From Pseudomonadota bacterium (GTDB lineage: Bacteria > Pseudomonadota > Alphaproteobacteria > Rhizobiales > Beijerinckiaceae): DNA of 56,043 bases. Numbering within the stretch: the first letter of the stretch is position 1; each line of letters starts with the position of its first letter. The notes beneath the pieces are model-generated. The model searched no databases. It saw only the letters and a program-made list of their open reading frames with translations, and was not told the origin of the DNA. This document shows, in pieces, positions 1 to 11,469 of this stretch. The DNA lies in contig JAGTAM010000687.1 of NCBI GenBank assembly GCA_023422485.1, forward strand, positions 1 to 56,043, in the 5' to 3' direction. The translations under genes and the position numbers were made by a program.

Positions 1-215
1 GGCGGTTCGATGGGGCCATCACCGATCAGCCAGGCACTGGGCATCTCCATCTGGAGAACCCAGAGGCGTCCGACTGGAAAGATCCGGCACCGCGGCCGTC
101 CTGAGAGGCCGCCCGCCGCGACCGGCATGAGCGGCGGCATCTGCACCGTCTCAAGAACCGGCCACGGCGGCTGCGGGCGCGCTTCGCGCAACGTCAAGCG
201 ATCAGCGGAAAGCAT
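1..215 (-). CDS. 5' part of a hypothetical protein (runs off the window), possibly ETC complex I subunit (NDUFS4-like) domain
   Basis: ATG at 215 just downstream of the hsp20 stop; frame open to the window edge: MLSADRLTLREARPQPP...RCRIFPVGRLWVLQMEMPSAWLIGDGPIEP; family assignment is weak. Confidence 0.4.
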   Translation of the reverse strand, partial: MLSADRLTLREARPQPPWPVLETVQMPPLMPVAAGGLSGRPRCRIFPVGRLWVLQMEMPSAWLIGDGPIEP

Positions 216-238
216 GGCTCACCTGCTCAACGGTATGC

Positions 239-712
239 CTAAGCTGCTTGCAATGCCGTCGGCTGCGCCGCGCTGTCCACCTTGTGTGCAGCGCACGAGG
301 TGCTCCCAATCGGGATGCGGCGCGGCTTCAAGGCTTCCGGCAGTTCGCGCTTGAGCGCGATCTCTAGGAGACCGTTCTCGAGCGAGGCGCCTGTGACCTC
401 GACATGATCGGCAAGGTCGAACTGGCGCTCGAACGCACGGCCGGCGATGCCGCGATGGAGATAGGCTCTGGGCTCGCTGTCCTTGATCCTACCGCGTACG
501 GTGAGCACATTGCCATCCCGCACGATCTCGATGTCGTCGCGCGTGAAGCCGGCGAGCGCCAAAGTGATGCGATACTGGTCTTCCGCCAGCTTCTCGATGT
601 TGTAGGGCGGGAAGCCGGTGTCGTCGCGCTGCAGGGCATGCGCGAGCAGAGCTGGGAGCTGATCGAAGCCGATGCTCGACCGGTAGAGGGGGGTGAAGTC
701 AAGTGTCGCCAT
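239..712 (-). CDS. ibpA: Small heat-shock protein, Hsp20/IbpA family
   Basis: MATLDFTPLYRSSIGFD, PPYNIEK, YLHRGIAGRAFERQF, LENGLL motifs; AGGAGG RBS before ATG 712. Confidence 0.95.
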   Translation of the reverse strand: MATLDFTPLYRSSIGFDQLPALLAHALQRDDTGFPPYNIEKLAEDQYRITLALAGFTRDDIEIVRDGNVLTVRGRIKDSEPRAYLHRGIAGRAFERQFDLADHVEVTGASLENGLLEIALKRELPEALKPRRIPIGSTSCAAHKVDSAAQPTALQAA

Positions 713-713
713 A

Positions 714-739
714 GCTATCCTCCTTTGCGAAGCGACAAC
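714..739 (-). promoter_or_regulatory. ROSE-like RNA thermometer hairpin sequestering the hsp20 SD
   Basis: Minus strand GTTGTCGCTTCGCAAAGGAGGATAGC: GTTGTC pairs with GATAGC and CTTC(G)C with GGAGG, leaving a bulged G as in ROSE elements of alphaproteobacterial sHSP genes. Confidence 0.45.
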
Positions 740-797
740 CACGGAGTGTTCCGTCATTTCAGGTACGTCAGGTGCCCAGATGGGCCGCCTACATCCG

Positions 798-826
798 AGC
801 TAGGAAGCTGTTTTTTGCCGTTCAAG
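798..826 (-). promoter_or_regulatory. RpoH (sigma32)-type promoter for hsp20
   Basis: Minus strand CTTGAA-N16-CCTAGCT. Confidence 0.7.
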
Positions 827-842
827 AGGGTGTCAAAAAAAA

Positions 843-869
843 TTGGCAGACCCCTCTTGTGAGTGCCAA
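843..869. promoter_or_regulatory. CIRCE-like HrcA operator
   Basis: TTGGCAGAC-N9-GAGTGCCAA versus consensus TTAGCACTC-N9-GAGTGCTAA, upstream of groES. Confidence 0.6.
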
Positions 870-884
870 CTGCGCCACCTAGAT
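856..884 (+). promoter_or_regulatory. RpoH-type promoter for groESL
   Basis: CTTGTG-N16-CCTAGAT, overlapping the CIRCE-like box. Confidence 0.6.
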
Positions 885-964
885 CGCCTGCCGAGAGCGG
901 GAGCTCCAGCGAGGCCCGTTCTCCTGATGGACACATGGTTAGGGCACTCACTTGGAGGTCAGAC

Positions 965-1279
965 ATGAAGTTTCGCCCCCTGCATGACCGTGTTGTGGTT
1001 CGCCGCATCGATGCCGAACAGAAGACGGCTGGCGGCATCATTATCCCCGACACGGCCAAGGAAAAACCTCAGCAAGGCGAAGTGGTCGCCGTCGGCTCTG
1101 GTGCACGCGATGAGCACGGCAAGCTAACGCCGCTCGACGTAAAACCGGGGGATACGGTGCTGTTCGGCAAATGGTCCGGGACCGAGGTCAAGATCGATGG
1201 CGAGGAACTTTTGATCATGAAGGAGAGCGACATCATGGGCGTTCTCGAAAACCGGGGGACGTTCAAAGCCGCCGCCTGA
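965..1279 (+). CDS. groES: Co-chaperonin GroES
   Basis: [14 protein letters not shown]...[15 protein letters not shown]...[20 protein letters not shown]. Confidence 0.98.
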   Translation: MKFRPLHDRVVVRRIDAEQKTAGGIIIPDTAKEKPQQGEVVAVGSGARDEHGKLTPLDVKPGDTVLFGKWSGTEVKIDGEELLIMKESDIMGVLENRGTFKAAA

Positions 1280-1304
1280 CGCTCCCTCATCTGATCCATT
1301 TTAA

Positions 1305-3041
<1,737 letters not shown>

Positions 3042-3053
3042 GCACGAACGGGC

Positions 3054-3078
3054 GGGAGCCGATAACCTGTCGGCTCCC
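3054..3078 (+). terminator. Stem-loop after groEL
   Basis: GGGAGCCGA-N7-TCGGCTCCC perfect stem; no U-tract. Confidence 0.45.
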
Positions 3079-3097
3079 ACAATTCGAGGGGATGGTA

Positions 3098-3358
3098 ATG
3101 ATGCAGATAGCCTATGTAGTTGTTCCTTTCGAGCGCGTTGGGAGCCGTGTGGGTGCGACGCGAGCCATGCTCGTCGATGGCGTGGGCAAAGCGCGCCAGT
3201 TGGCACTGAGTTTAGCGAGCCAAGTGCCGGGCGTCGCCGTTCTCGAGCGTAAGCTCGACCCAGACACCGGCGATGGTGTCGACACATTGCTCGCGGGCTA
3301 TGGCATCGTACCGCCGCGATTTCCCGAGAACGCCAACTGGACTATCGCGCTTAACTGA
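3098..3358 (+). CDS. Small hypothetical protein
   Basis: GAGGGG RBS, protein-like sequence (IAYVVVPFER...LLAGYGIVP), directly after groEL. Confidence 0.6.
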   Translation: MMQIAYVVVPFERVGSRVGATRAMLVDGVGKARQLALSLASQVPGVAVLERKLDPDTGDGVDTLLAGYGIVPPRFPENANWTIALN

Positions 3359-3659
3359 CGTCGCAAACAGTCCGAGCAAGGAACATAAGCGCACTGCTTG
3401 GTCACAATGCTTGATCGCTTCAGCCCGCCATACTCGCGTCACCAGCGGAGTAGCTCTGCTCGAAGAATCCCATGCCGCGGCAGATGGTGCCGATGGCCTA
3501 GCCCAATGCGTACCTCCGCTTCCCGCAAAAGCCCGACGATCTGCTCCCTGGTGTACCGTTTCCGTGCCATTCCCTTGCCTCCTCAATCGAGGTTGGAAAT
3601 AGCCGGAATTCGATCAGTCACCCTGGCACCGGTTGGGGAACAGGCCAGCTCGTGATATC

Positions 3660-4682
3660 TCAGCGATGGCCGCTAGTAACAGCACGGGCCGCATTAGCTA
3701 TTACGGCTGCTCGATCTGCCGACGAGGCACGCGATTCTGCTACAAACGCGGCGATCGCGACAAATCCGCCATCGGGTGCGCGCAATATCCCCACGTCATT
3801 GGTTACCCCGTTGACGCCTTTATAGGACTGGCTGGTTCCGGTCTTGTGCATTACCGTCCAGCCATCAGGCGTGCCAGCACGGAGGCGATCCGGGAAAGTG
3901 ACCGTATTAGCCATGACTTCAAGAAAACGCATTGTCGATGTCGGGGATAGCAATTGGCCTGAGGCGAGTGCATAAAGAAAGGCAGACATGCCACGTGGCG
4001 TTGCCGTGTCTCGTTTGTCGGTCAGATAAGCCTCGAACGCCGCCGCCCTCTGCTTGTCTGGCACTCCATCGCGGGCGGCATTCAGTGCCTTTGGAAAAAC
4101 GAACGAAGGTTGCCACTTCAAACCCACCGTTTCGGTCTGCAATTCTCGTTCTGTCCGATCGATCCCGATCTCATCGAATCCTGCACCCAGCAGGAAGTTC
4201 CGGATAGCGTTCACACCACCAAGCTTAGCGATCAGAACATCGGTAGCAGCACTGTCGCTCTCTACGACTGCACGCCTGATTAGATCACCGATATTGGTCT
4301 GAAAAGATCCGTCCTTATCGACGATGTCGGCAATTGGCTGAATATTGACACTGAGATCTTCTCTCCTGATCAAGATTGGATCGGAGAGCGTCAATCGGCC
4401 TTCGTCGACTGCTCGCATAGCTGCGACGCCGACAACCACTTTCATCACACTCTGAAGCGAAAAGCGCCGATCACCATTCACACACACCACTCGGGAGGCA
4501 GAGGCCTGAGCGCATATTCCAACACGACCTGGATGAGCACTGGCGAGAGCAGATAGTTGCTTCTGCAATTTTGAGGTTTTGGTCAAGTCCCCACCTTGCG
4601 TCGACTCGATGCCGAAAGGCATCGACAGCACACTGACGAGGGGAGCTGCACTAAAGTGATGGCGATAGTCGAGAAAAAGCAT
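3660..4682 (-). CDS. bla: Class A serine beta-lactamase with extended omega loop
   Basis: FSLQSVMK (SxxK), SDS in place of SDN, RTE (E166), RDTATP, HKTGT, NDVGI; start/signal peptide uncertain. Confidence 0.88.
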   Translation of the reverse strand: MLFLDYRHHFSAAPLVSVLSMPFGIESTQGGDLTKTSKLQKQLSALASAHPGRVGICAQASASRVVCVNGDRRFSLQSVMKVVVGVAAMRAVDEGRLTLSDPILIRREDLSVNIQPIADIVDKDGSFQTNIGDLIRRAVVESDSAATDVLIAKLGGVNAIRNFLLGAGFDEIGIDRTERELQTETVGLKWQPSFVFPKALNAARDGVPDKQRAAAFEAYLTDKRDTATPRGMSAFLYALASGQLLSPTSTMRFLEVMANTVTFPDRLRAGTPDGWTVMHKTGTSQSYKGVNGVTNDVGILRAPDGGFVAIAAFVAESRASSADRAAVIANAARAVTSGHR

Positions 4683-4773
4683 GACATGTCCCTTGCTATT
4701 TTTTCGACAATTAGCGACTTACGAAAACTGAAAGAAGTGACATCCTTTCATATCAAACTGAACTTGGCTCAGC

Positions 4774-5772
4774 ATGCCCATGGATTTGCAGAAACTCGAT
4801 CTCAATCTCCTGAAGGTTCTCGCTGTGCTGCTCGAAGAACGCAGCGTGGTCCGGTCGGCCGAGCGATTGTGCGTTTCGCCCTCGGCCGTGAGCCATGCGT
4901 TGGCTCGGCTGCGCCGAGCGTTTGGTGACCCTTTATTCGTCCGCTCGATGTCGGAAATGATTCCCACCGTTCGAGCCGAGAGTATGCGACGCTCAATCAA
5001 GCTGTTGATGGAGTCTTTGCAGACTAATTTTACACCGAGCGTTGACATCGACGAAGCTTTCGATCCATCGCAGTTTCAGAAGTCTCTGCGTATCGCTTCG
5101 CCGGGTGCACTCGAACTTACCTTAGTACCAGCCATCGCAGCAAAGTTGCGAGCTTTGGCACCTAAATGGTCACTGACGGTCGAGGCTTTCGAGCGACGTA
5201 GCTACGAAACCGATGTCGTCAGCGGCCGTGTAGACTTCGTCTTCAGTATCGGAGGACACACGCCGGCAATCGAGCGCGTTGGCAAAGACCTGCTTTGGGA
5301 TGACGAAATGGTCGTATTGGCTGGGCCAGGTGCGGAAATGTTCAAAGCTGCTGCCCCAGTAGTCATTGATGAATATATCGGCGCGCCTCAGGTTTCCCCC
5401 CTGCCGTGGACGCCGATGCAGAATTATTTGGACGTCGAGCTGGCGCGCGCTGGCATGTATAGGAACCTGGTTCAGCATCTGCCAAGCTATGCAGGTTTGG
5501 GCACGCTGCTGCAAACATCAGACCTGATCGCGTCGATGCCGGACCGAACTGCTGCGGCGTTAGTCAAACTCTATCCAAGCTTGCGCATCATTCCTACGAA
5601 CCCAGCCAAACGCTCCTCTCTCCAACTGCTGTGGTCGCGCGCGGGACAAGCCAATGAGCCGGCGCTTAGGTGGGCGCGGAAAATGATCACCGATGCCGCC
5701 GCCACGATACCATCCTGGACGCGGCCGAAAGCTTCGTTCAGCAACAAGAGTGACAATTCAATGCCTGCCTAA
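4774..5772 (+). CDS. LysR-family transcriptional regulator (NodD/LeuO-like)
   Basis: LDLNLLKVL...SVVRSAERLCVSPSAVSHALARLRRAFGDPLFVR HTH; divergent from bla. Confidence 0.92.
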   Translation: MPMDLQKLDLNLLKVLAVLLEERSVVRSAERLCVSPSAVSHALARLRRAFGDPLFVRSMSEMIPTVRAESMRRSIKLLMESLQTNFTPSVDIDEAFDPSQFQKSLRIASPGALELTLVPAIAAKLRALAPKWSLTVEAFERRSYETDVVSGRVDFVFSIGGHTPAIERVGKDLLWDDEMVVLAGPGAEMFKAAAPVVIDEYIGAPQVSPLPWTPMQNYLDVELARAGMYRNLVQHLPSYAGLGTLLQTSDLIASMPDRTAAALVKLYPSLRIIPTNPAKRSSLQLLWSRAGQANEPALRWARKMITDAAATIPSWTRPKASFSNKSDNSMPA

Positions 5773-5789
5773 AGTCTCTTCCGAACTGC

Positions 5790-6010
5790 ACCGGCTTTCC
5801 CCTCGTGCGCGCGATCCTCGACGAAGTCATAGGACCCGACGTGGTTGCGGTGTTCCGGGCGCAGCCGGATGCACGAGCCGTCTGTGAGCCACAAGCGCCC
5901 GCGTTTTGGTCGTTTGTAGGGAACTTCAGCCCCTCACGCCGCCAGATGCATTCGACCTGCTTGTCATTCATGAGCCAGACCGCGTTTCGCAGCAGTGCGG
6001 CGATTCGAAA
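5790..6010 (-). mobile_element. IS3-family transposase fragment (frameshifted)
   Basis: Minus frames give NDKQVECIWRREGLK, then RGRLWLTDGSCIRLRPEHRNHVGSYDFVEDR, typical of IS3 OrfB. Confidence 0.8.
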
Positions 6011-6571
6011 CGAGCATCCCGAACATGACAATGGGGAGGGGTAGACATAGGCCGGTTAGATCCAGAGTAATTCTGAGCTGAGGTAGGAGACCGATATCAA
6101 TCGGGTAAACACCGGTGCAGTCAAGTCGTTAAGCGGAGTGCGTGTGCGGAACGATGGCGTCGGGTAAGCGGGATGCCAACGGGCGATCGTAGGATTACTG
6201 CGGGTCCCGTCGAGCCACTGACGAGCGCCATAGATGGCGATGCGCAAGCCGAAAGCCGTTTGCGTTAGGCTCGAATTGCCTGCGGAGATCAAATACCGCG
6301 CGGTCATAAAACGGCTCATTGCCAAGCAGCCGGCTTCAGCGCGCGGCAGTGCAATAAAACCCCGCGGTAGCGGGGCTGCCCCTGAACGTGATCCGCAGCC
6401 TATCGGACAGGTGATTACGAACTCAAAAGGCCGCGCCGAGACGGCAAGGCTCCAAAACTGAATTGCGGCGCTTCAATGGAAAGCCCTCTGGCGTCCAGCA
6501 GAAGAAGCGCCTGTTGTTCTGCTCCCCTCCACAGCGCGCGCTCAGCCATCGTTTCGGGGAGCCAATCTGCG

Positions 6572-6973
6572 TTACATGTAATACGGAATGCCGTAATAGC
6601 CGTAGACACCACGCCCATAGGCGGGATCGCCCCAGGGCGTTTCATCGACCGCATAGCTCGGCGCCTGTTCCAGCATCTGCCTGTCAACATTGACCACGAA
6701 CCCGCCAAGTTCAGTATCGTACTTCAGCGTCTGCCAAGGCAACGGATGATACCGCTCTCCGATCCCAAGGAATCCGCCGAATGACATCACTGCGTACTCG
6801 ACTTTTCCAGTAATCTTGTCGACCATGAAGTTATAAATCGACCCTATATTTTCTCTGTCGCGACTGTAGACAACCGTCCCCTGAACTTTGTCGGACGAAA
6901 TCAGTCGCTTCGTCTCGTCGATGGCGATTTCCTCATCGGGCAAATCCCCTTTCCGGTGCATTGTCTCAACCAT
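6572..6973 (-). CDS. PRC-barrel domain protein
   Basis: LISSDKVQGTVVY...GKVEYAVMSFGGFLGIGERYHPLPWQTLKYD; AAGGAG RBS. Confidence 0.92.
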   Translation of the reverse strand: MVETMHRKGDLPDEEIAIDETKRLISSDKVQGTVVYSRDRENIGSIYNFMVDKITGKVEYAVMSFGGFLGIGERYHPLPWQTLKYDTELGGFVVNVDRQMLEQAPSYAVDETPWGDPAYGRGVYGYYGIPYYM

Positions 6974-7127
6974 CTCATACACTCCTTTTCTATTTGAGCA
7001 TTGCTCGGGCACTATCGTAGTTTCCTCTAGAAAGCGCCAACCAGTGCAAGCAGGATTACCACGCTGAGCGGCACGCCCAGTAACCACAAAACAACCGGCA
7101 TTTTATCCTCCTTCTGATTGTTGAATA

Positions 7128-7153
7128 AACGCTGTGCTTCCGTAGCCAGTTCC
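7128..7153 (-). promoter_or_regulatory. EcfG (general stress sigma) promoter, PRC-barrel gene
   Basis: GGAAC-N17-CGTT on minus strand. Confidence 0.75.
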
Positions 7154-7815
7154 ATCATCTAAGTGCCGAGGTTGAAGGTCTATCCGTCGGCTGTTTCGCG
7201 GGGCTCACTATGGCGTCGTCCAGACCCGCTGCAGGCATTTCCCGGGCCTGTCGCGTTGATCGTTCGCAAGCCTGTCAACAATGAGCGCGAGAGGAAGAAG
7301 GCCGTCTGGCTTATCTGACTTCGAACGTCGCGTATCGTGAGCGTCCTCGGCGCCGCCGCGATAGGGTTCTTCGTCCGCAACCGTACCCAACTCAACCAAG
7401 CCCGAGGGACGACATCGCTGTCATCGTCCGCCGAAAACTCCGATTTTCGAGCGGAAACGACTGCTTTGACCGGCTCCGCAACAACAACAATGGCGGTTGT
7501 TGGTGGAAAACATATTCATCCGTCGGTCGACCTATTATCAGCCCCTGACAACGAATGATCAGAAATAACTTCATTCAACGTCGTGATGCATTGTAGTTTG
7601 CTGCCGGGTACCATCAAGCATCAGACCTTCCCAGCGTCTGGGCTATGAGCGGGACGATGCGTCACGCGACGTTCTCATGGTCTCAATCGGCACAGCCGAA
7701 TGCGCAAAGGCGGCGGTCGCCATCAACAAAGCGTCTCGATGGATTATGTGCCCGGAGGAAGCGCTGCCGATCGGCACAAGAGGCGAGAGGCTGCGTGAGG
7801 TCTTGCCCCGGTGGA

Positions 7816-8382
7816 TTAATCACCGATCGAAGGGCAATGCTGAGGCTTCACAAAGAAACGCAGCCTGCGCCCTGACCATCTTGGACCGGCGTAGTCCACG
7901 CCGATGCGGGGCGCCGCGAGGATGCGGCGCGGCTTAAATCCTTGCTCGAACCACAGCCCCGTAGTTTCGCAAGCCTCCCGGCCATTCAGCTCCATCGAGA
8001 GCGCCAGTTCCTTGCCAAGCCGTCCCGGCCCCTGCACCACGCCCGCGCTGCGTATCAGTACGGCGGCGCCTATGCCTTCCAGCCCGGCGACGACGTTCAA
8101 CATGCGATGCAACCCATAGACGAGATAGATATAGAGTGTGCCAGGCGGCCCAAACATTATCTCCGTCCGTGCAGTACGACCGCGCGCGGAATGGCAGGCC
8201 AAGTCATGCGGGCCGAGATAGGCTTCAGTTTCGGTAATGACGAGCCGCTTTTCCTCGCTCGCGAGCCACCTGCCGATCACTGTGCCGACCAGTTCGCGCG
8301 CAACTACGTGCGCCGGGCGCGCGAAATACTCGGGCTGAAGAAGAAGGCCAGGGTCAGGCGGGCCGTCCTTCAACTTAATCAT
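7816..8382 (-). CDS. DNA-3-methyladenine glycosylase (MPG/AAG family)
   Basis: ITETEAYLGPHDLACHS, MFGPPGTLYIYLVYG, AVLIR, GPGRL, PRIGVDYA. Confidence 0.92.
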   Translation of the reverse strand: MIKLKDGPPDPGLLLQPEYFARPAHVVARELVGTVIGRWLASEEKRLVITETEAYLGPHDLACHSARGRTARTEIMFGPPGTLYIYLVYGLHRMLNVVAGLEGIGAAVLIRSAGVVQGPGRLGKELALSMELNGREACETTGLWFEQGFKPRRILAAPRIGVDYAGPRWSGRRLRFFVKPQHCPSIGD

Positions 8383-8751
8383 GGTCCTTTGCCTCCCGCG
8401 GCCTCAAGTACATGAAGCAGGACAGCAGCGCCAGGCTCGCCGCGCTCGCAGCCAGACGAAATCGCCACCGGGGGATGATCAGGTTCGCCGCACGATAGTG
8501 TGGCTGCGGATGACGATGTCGTTCGGCTTAAATTCGCGCATTCGGACTGATCACCACAGATGCCAGTTAGCGATATTCACGGCCATCCGCCCAGCAAATG
8601 CCACGCTCCGCATAGTATTTAATCCGCATCCTGCGCCACCTTACAAGAGCAATCGTCTCTCGAAGGTCCCCGGGAACTGCATCGACTTCAGAACCGAGAC
8701 GGCTCGCATGGGATCGGATATAGTGCAGGTCCCAGCATGTAAAAGGGGCGC

Positions 8752-9828
8752 GTGATGAGATCGGCTAGGTATCAGCGCCGACAGGTCCTTGCAGGCCTTG
8801 CTGCGGGCGCCACTGGCCTAGCAGTTGGCTCTCCTGGGTACATTTCGAATGCTGGGTCGCCGAATGGGAACGGGGAGGCGAGCCGTCTAGAGTTACAGGT
8901 CATCGATTTCCACAATCACTTCGTTGGACCCGCGTTCACTCCACTTGCCGGTGCTGCCGCGCCGGCTGCACTGAGGGACTACTTTCGCGAGGTCAATCGC
9001 AAGCTGGCAAGCAGCGCATCCTTGCTGAACTCCATCGAAGAGGCCGGGATCACGGCAAGGGTCGTCAGCACGCCGCTGGAATTTGTCCGCACCGGCGCCG
9101 AAGCCGAGATATCTATGGTCCAGCGCATCAATGATCAACTTGCTGATCTGGTGAGCCGACACCCAGGCCGACTTTATGGGATGGCAACCGTGGACGCCTA
9201 CAGCGGCGAGGACGGGGCCAAGGAACTGACCCGTGCCGTTCGCGAACTCGGGCTCCGCGGCGTTTTCTTGGAAAGCGCCAGCGGTGACCTTCTGCTTGAC
9301 GCACCCGAGGCCCGTCCGACACTTGCAGCCGCATCCGCCCTCGGCGTTCCGGTCTTCGTACATCCTGTCAATGATCATCAACTCCGGCAGCGCTTTGGGC
9401 GTTATGGACGAGCTGGAATGATGCTCTCGCGCGGCACCATCAACGGACTCGCGCTGATCGCTCTGCTCGAAAGCGGTACGTTGGACGAGTTGCCTGGGCT
9501 TCGGATCGTCGTCACCACACTCGCCGTTGGTGCCGTCCTGCTGACAGGGGCATTGCGCGACGGGGCGCAGATCAGGCAGGACGCACCGGAACTAGCCCGG
9601 CGACATATCTACATTGATACCATGGGTCTCGATCCTGTGCTCATCCGCAGCATGGTCGATCTCCTTGGGCCGGATCACGTGGTGGCAGGGACCGACTGGC
9701 CGATATTCACCGAGACCGCCACCACCAACCGGCTGCAAGGCGCTCTGACGGCCTGCGGCCTCAGCGCGGCCGAGCAGCGCATGGTCGCGAGCGGCAACGC
9801 GCTGAGGCTACTTGGCGTAGAGAAGTAA
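8752..9828 (+). CDS. Amidohydrolase_2 family protein with Tat-like signal peptide
   Basis: QRRQVLAGLAAGA N-terminus; IDFHNH, VFVHP, GTDWP, GNALRLLG. Confidence 0.85.
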   Translation: MMRSARYQRRQVLAGLAAGATGLAVGSPGYISNAGSPNGNGEASRLELQVIDFHNHFVGPAFTPLAGAAAPAALRDYFREVNRKLASSASLLNSIEEAGITARVVSTPLEFVRTGAEAEISMVQRINDQLADLVSRHPGRLYGMATVDAYSGEDGAKELTRAVRELGLRGVFLESASGDLLLDAPEARPTLAAASALGVPVFVHPVNDHQLRQRFGRYGRAGMMLSRGTINGLALIALLESGTLDELPGLRIVVTTLAVGAVLLTGALRDGAQIRQDAPELARRHIYIDTMGLDPVLIRSMVDLLGPDHVVAGTDWPIFTETATTNRLQGALTACGLSAAEQRMVASGNALRLLGVEK

Positions 9829-10289
9829 ACTCACGTGCTTACCGGGGGCACATTGCCGATCACGTAAGGCATAAAGCTAATGTCCGTTCAGCAGGGCAAT
9901 TCAAGACACTGGAAGTCTCGTTACAGATCTCGTCCGATTTGAGACATGTCTGCTTCCTCTGCCTCGCGTGATGCATTGACGAGAAACACCAGACCGGCAT
10001 CGTCAACCCAATGAAACTGTCTCTCGCCAGGATGCCACAGGCGCATTCATCAGGCGCGTTGATCTTGAGCGCACCGAGACACCCGCCCTCCAAGGCACCC
10101 AACCGTGAGGATTTCGGCAATAGTTGACTTCCCTGATGTAGGTTCGCCCAACACCATGCTCATGCAGGGCTTTCGGAAACTGACGGTAAGCGTCTGTTGC
10201 CACGAAGCAACTTAGGTCTGAACCCATGGAGTCCAGGATTGCTTTTGCTGGCTTGTAACCGTGGCCCTTATTGAGTGCGACATGTCTCC

Positions 10290-10652
10290 GAACCATATAC
10301 TCCGGGGAGGACGCGTATCGATGCCCCCGCTGGAAAGATGCTTTCGTTTCGCTTCGTCGACGCGCCCCATAACCACCTGGAGACCTGCCTGAGGCTATGA
10401 CGATACGACGCCGGACGGTCGAGCATCCATTCGGCACTCTGAAGGCTTGGATGGATCACAAGCGCTTCTTGACGAAGAGGATCGCAAGCTTGAGCACCGA
10501 ATTGAGACTGTGCGTCCTCACCTACAATCTGAAGCGAATGATCTCGATAGTCGGCGGGGCACGCTTATCGCGACGGTCCAAGCATGAGCTGCTTTGCAGC
10601 CCGGTGCGGATACGACTGGACGCCCAGAATCTCAAGATGTTTTCACGCGGCC
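10290..10652 (+). mobile_element. IS1182-family transposase 3' remnant with probable terminal IR
   Basis: EDAYRCPAG and MTIRRRTVEHPFGTLKAWM...LTYNLKRM; GTTTTCACGCGGCC at 10639-10652 resembles IS1182 ends. Confidence 0.8.
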
Positions 10653-10891
10653 GCTCCAGAAGCTGACGTCAGCGAGACTAGAGTCGCCGCGCTGAGAGCA
10701 CCTCCGACCGCGTCTGCTTTCGAAGGTGTCGCGTCACACTTCAGACCGATTTTCTCAGATAGCTCGTCACGTCGTCGACCTCGATACTGAGTTAGCGAAC
10801 CGCGGCCATTGTCTTCGACGGAAACTGCGATTACGGGTGGCTTTGGGCCTAAGGCCTTTCGCAGCCTCGACATCGAGTGACAAGTTAATAG

Positions 10892-11350
10892 TCAAGCCGC
10901 GTGCTTTCGGTCCGCGGGATGGTGCAGCCGAAAGCCGATCGCCAGCCTATTCCAAGCGTTGATCATCGCCACGCCTATGGAAAGTGCGAGAAGTTCATCG
11001 TCGGAGAAAATACTCGCGGCTTTCTCATAGTCCGCATCAGGGGCATGGTTCGCTGCAATTCTGGTCAAGGACTCGGCCCAGGCGAGAGCCGCTCGTTCCC
11101 GCTCGGTGTACAATTCGGATTCATGCCAAGCGTCGAGAAGGAGCAATCGATCGTCCGTCTCCCCCCTCTTGATCGCATCTCGCCGGTGCAAATGAAGACA
11201 ATACGCACAGCCGTTGATCTGCGATACACGCATTCTGACCAGATCAAGGAGCTTGGGGTCGAAACTGTTTCCGAGCCAAGTCTCAACGGCTACGAGGCCG
11301 TCGATACCATCATTCTTTTGCAACAGATAGTTCAGACGTTTGATCGCCAT
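10892..11350 (-). CDS. Carboxymuconolactone decarboxylase/AhpD family protein
   Basis: LVRMRVSQINGCAYCLHLH, ERERAALAWAE, INAWNRL; GGAGG RBS. Confidence 0.92.
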   Translation of the reverse strand: MAIKRLNYLLQKNDGIDGLVAVETWLGNSFDPKLLDLVRMRVSQINGCAYCLHLHRRDAIKRGETDDRLLLLDAWHESELYTERERAALAWAESLTRIAANHAPDADYEKAASIFSDDELLALSIGVAMINAWNRLAIGFRLHHPADRKHAA

Positions 11351-11469
11351 TACTGCCTCCATTCTCTTGGTTTGGCGTTTGTTTTCATTTGCGCGCCTAA
11401 TCGCTTTTCCTGAAGACGCCTTGAGTGTCGGTGCTCACCGATGCGCATCGTGCCGGTGCGAGGCTACAA

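Noticed and set aside
6056..6480. Short ORFs on both strands after the IS3 scar
   Set aside because: No RBS, motif or consistent coding signal
7180..7800. Fragmentary ORFs between the PRC-barrel and MPG genes
   Set aside because: Probably decayed gene debris; no family recognised
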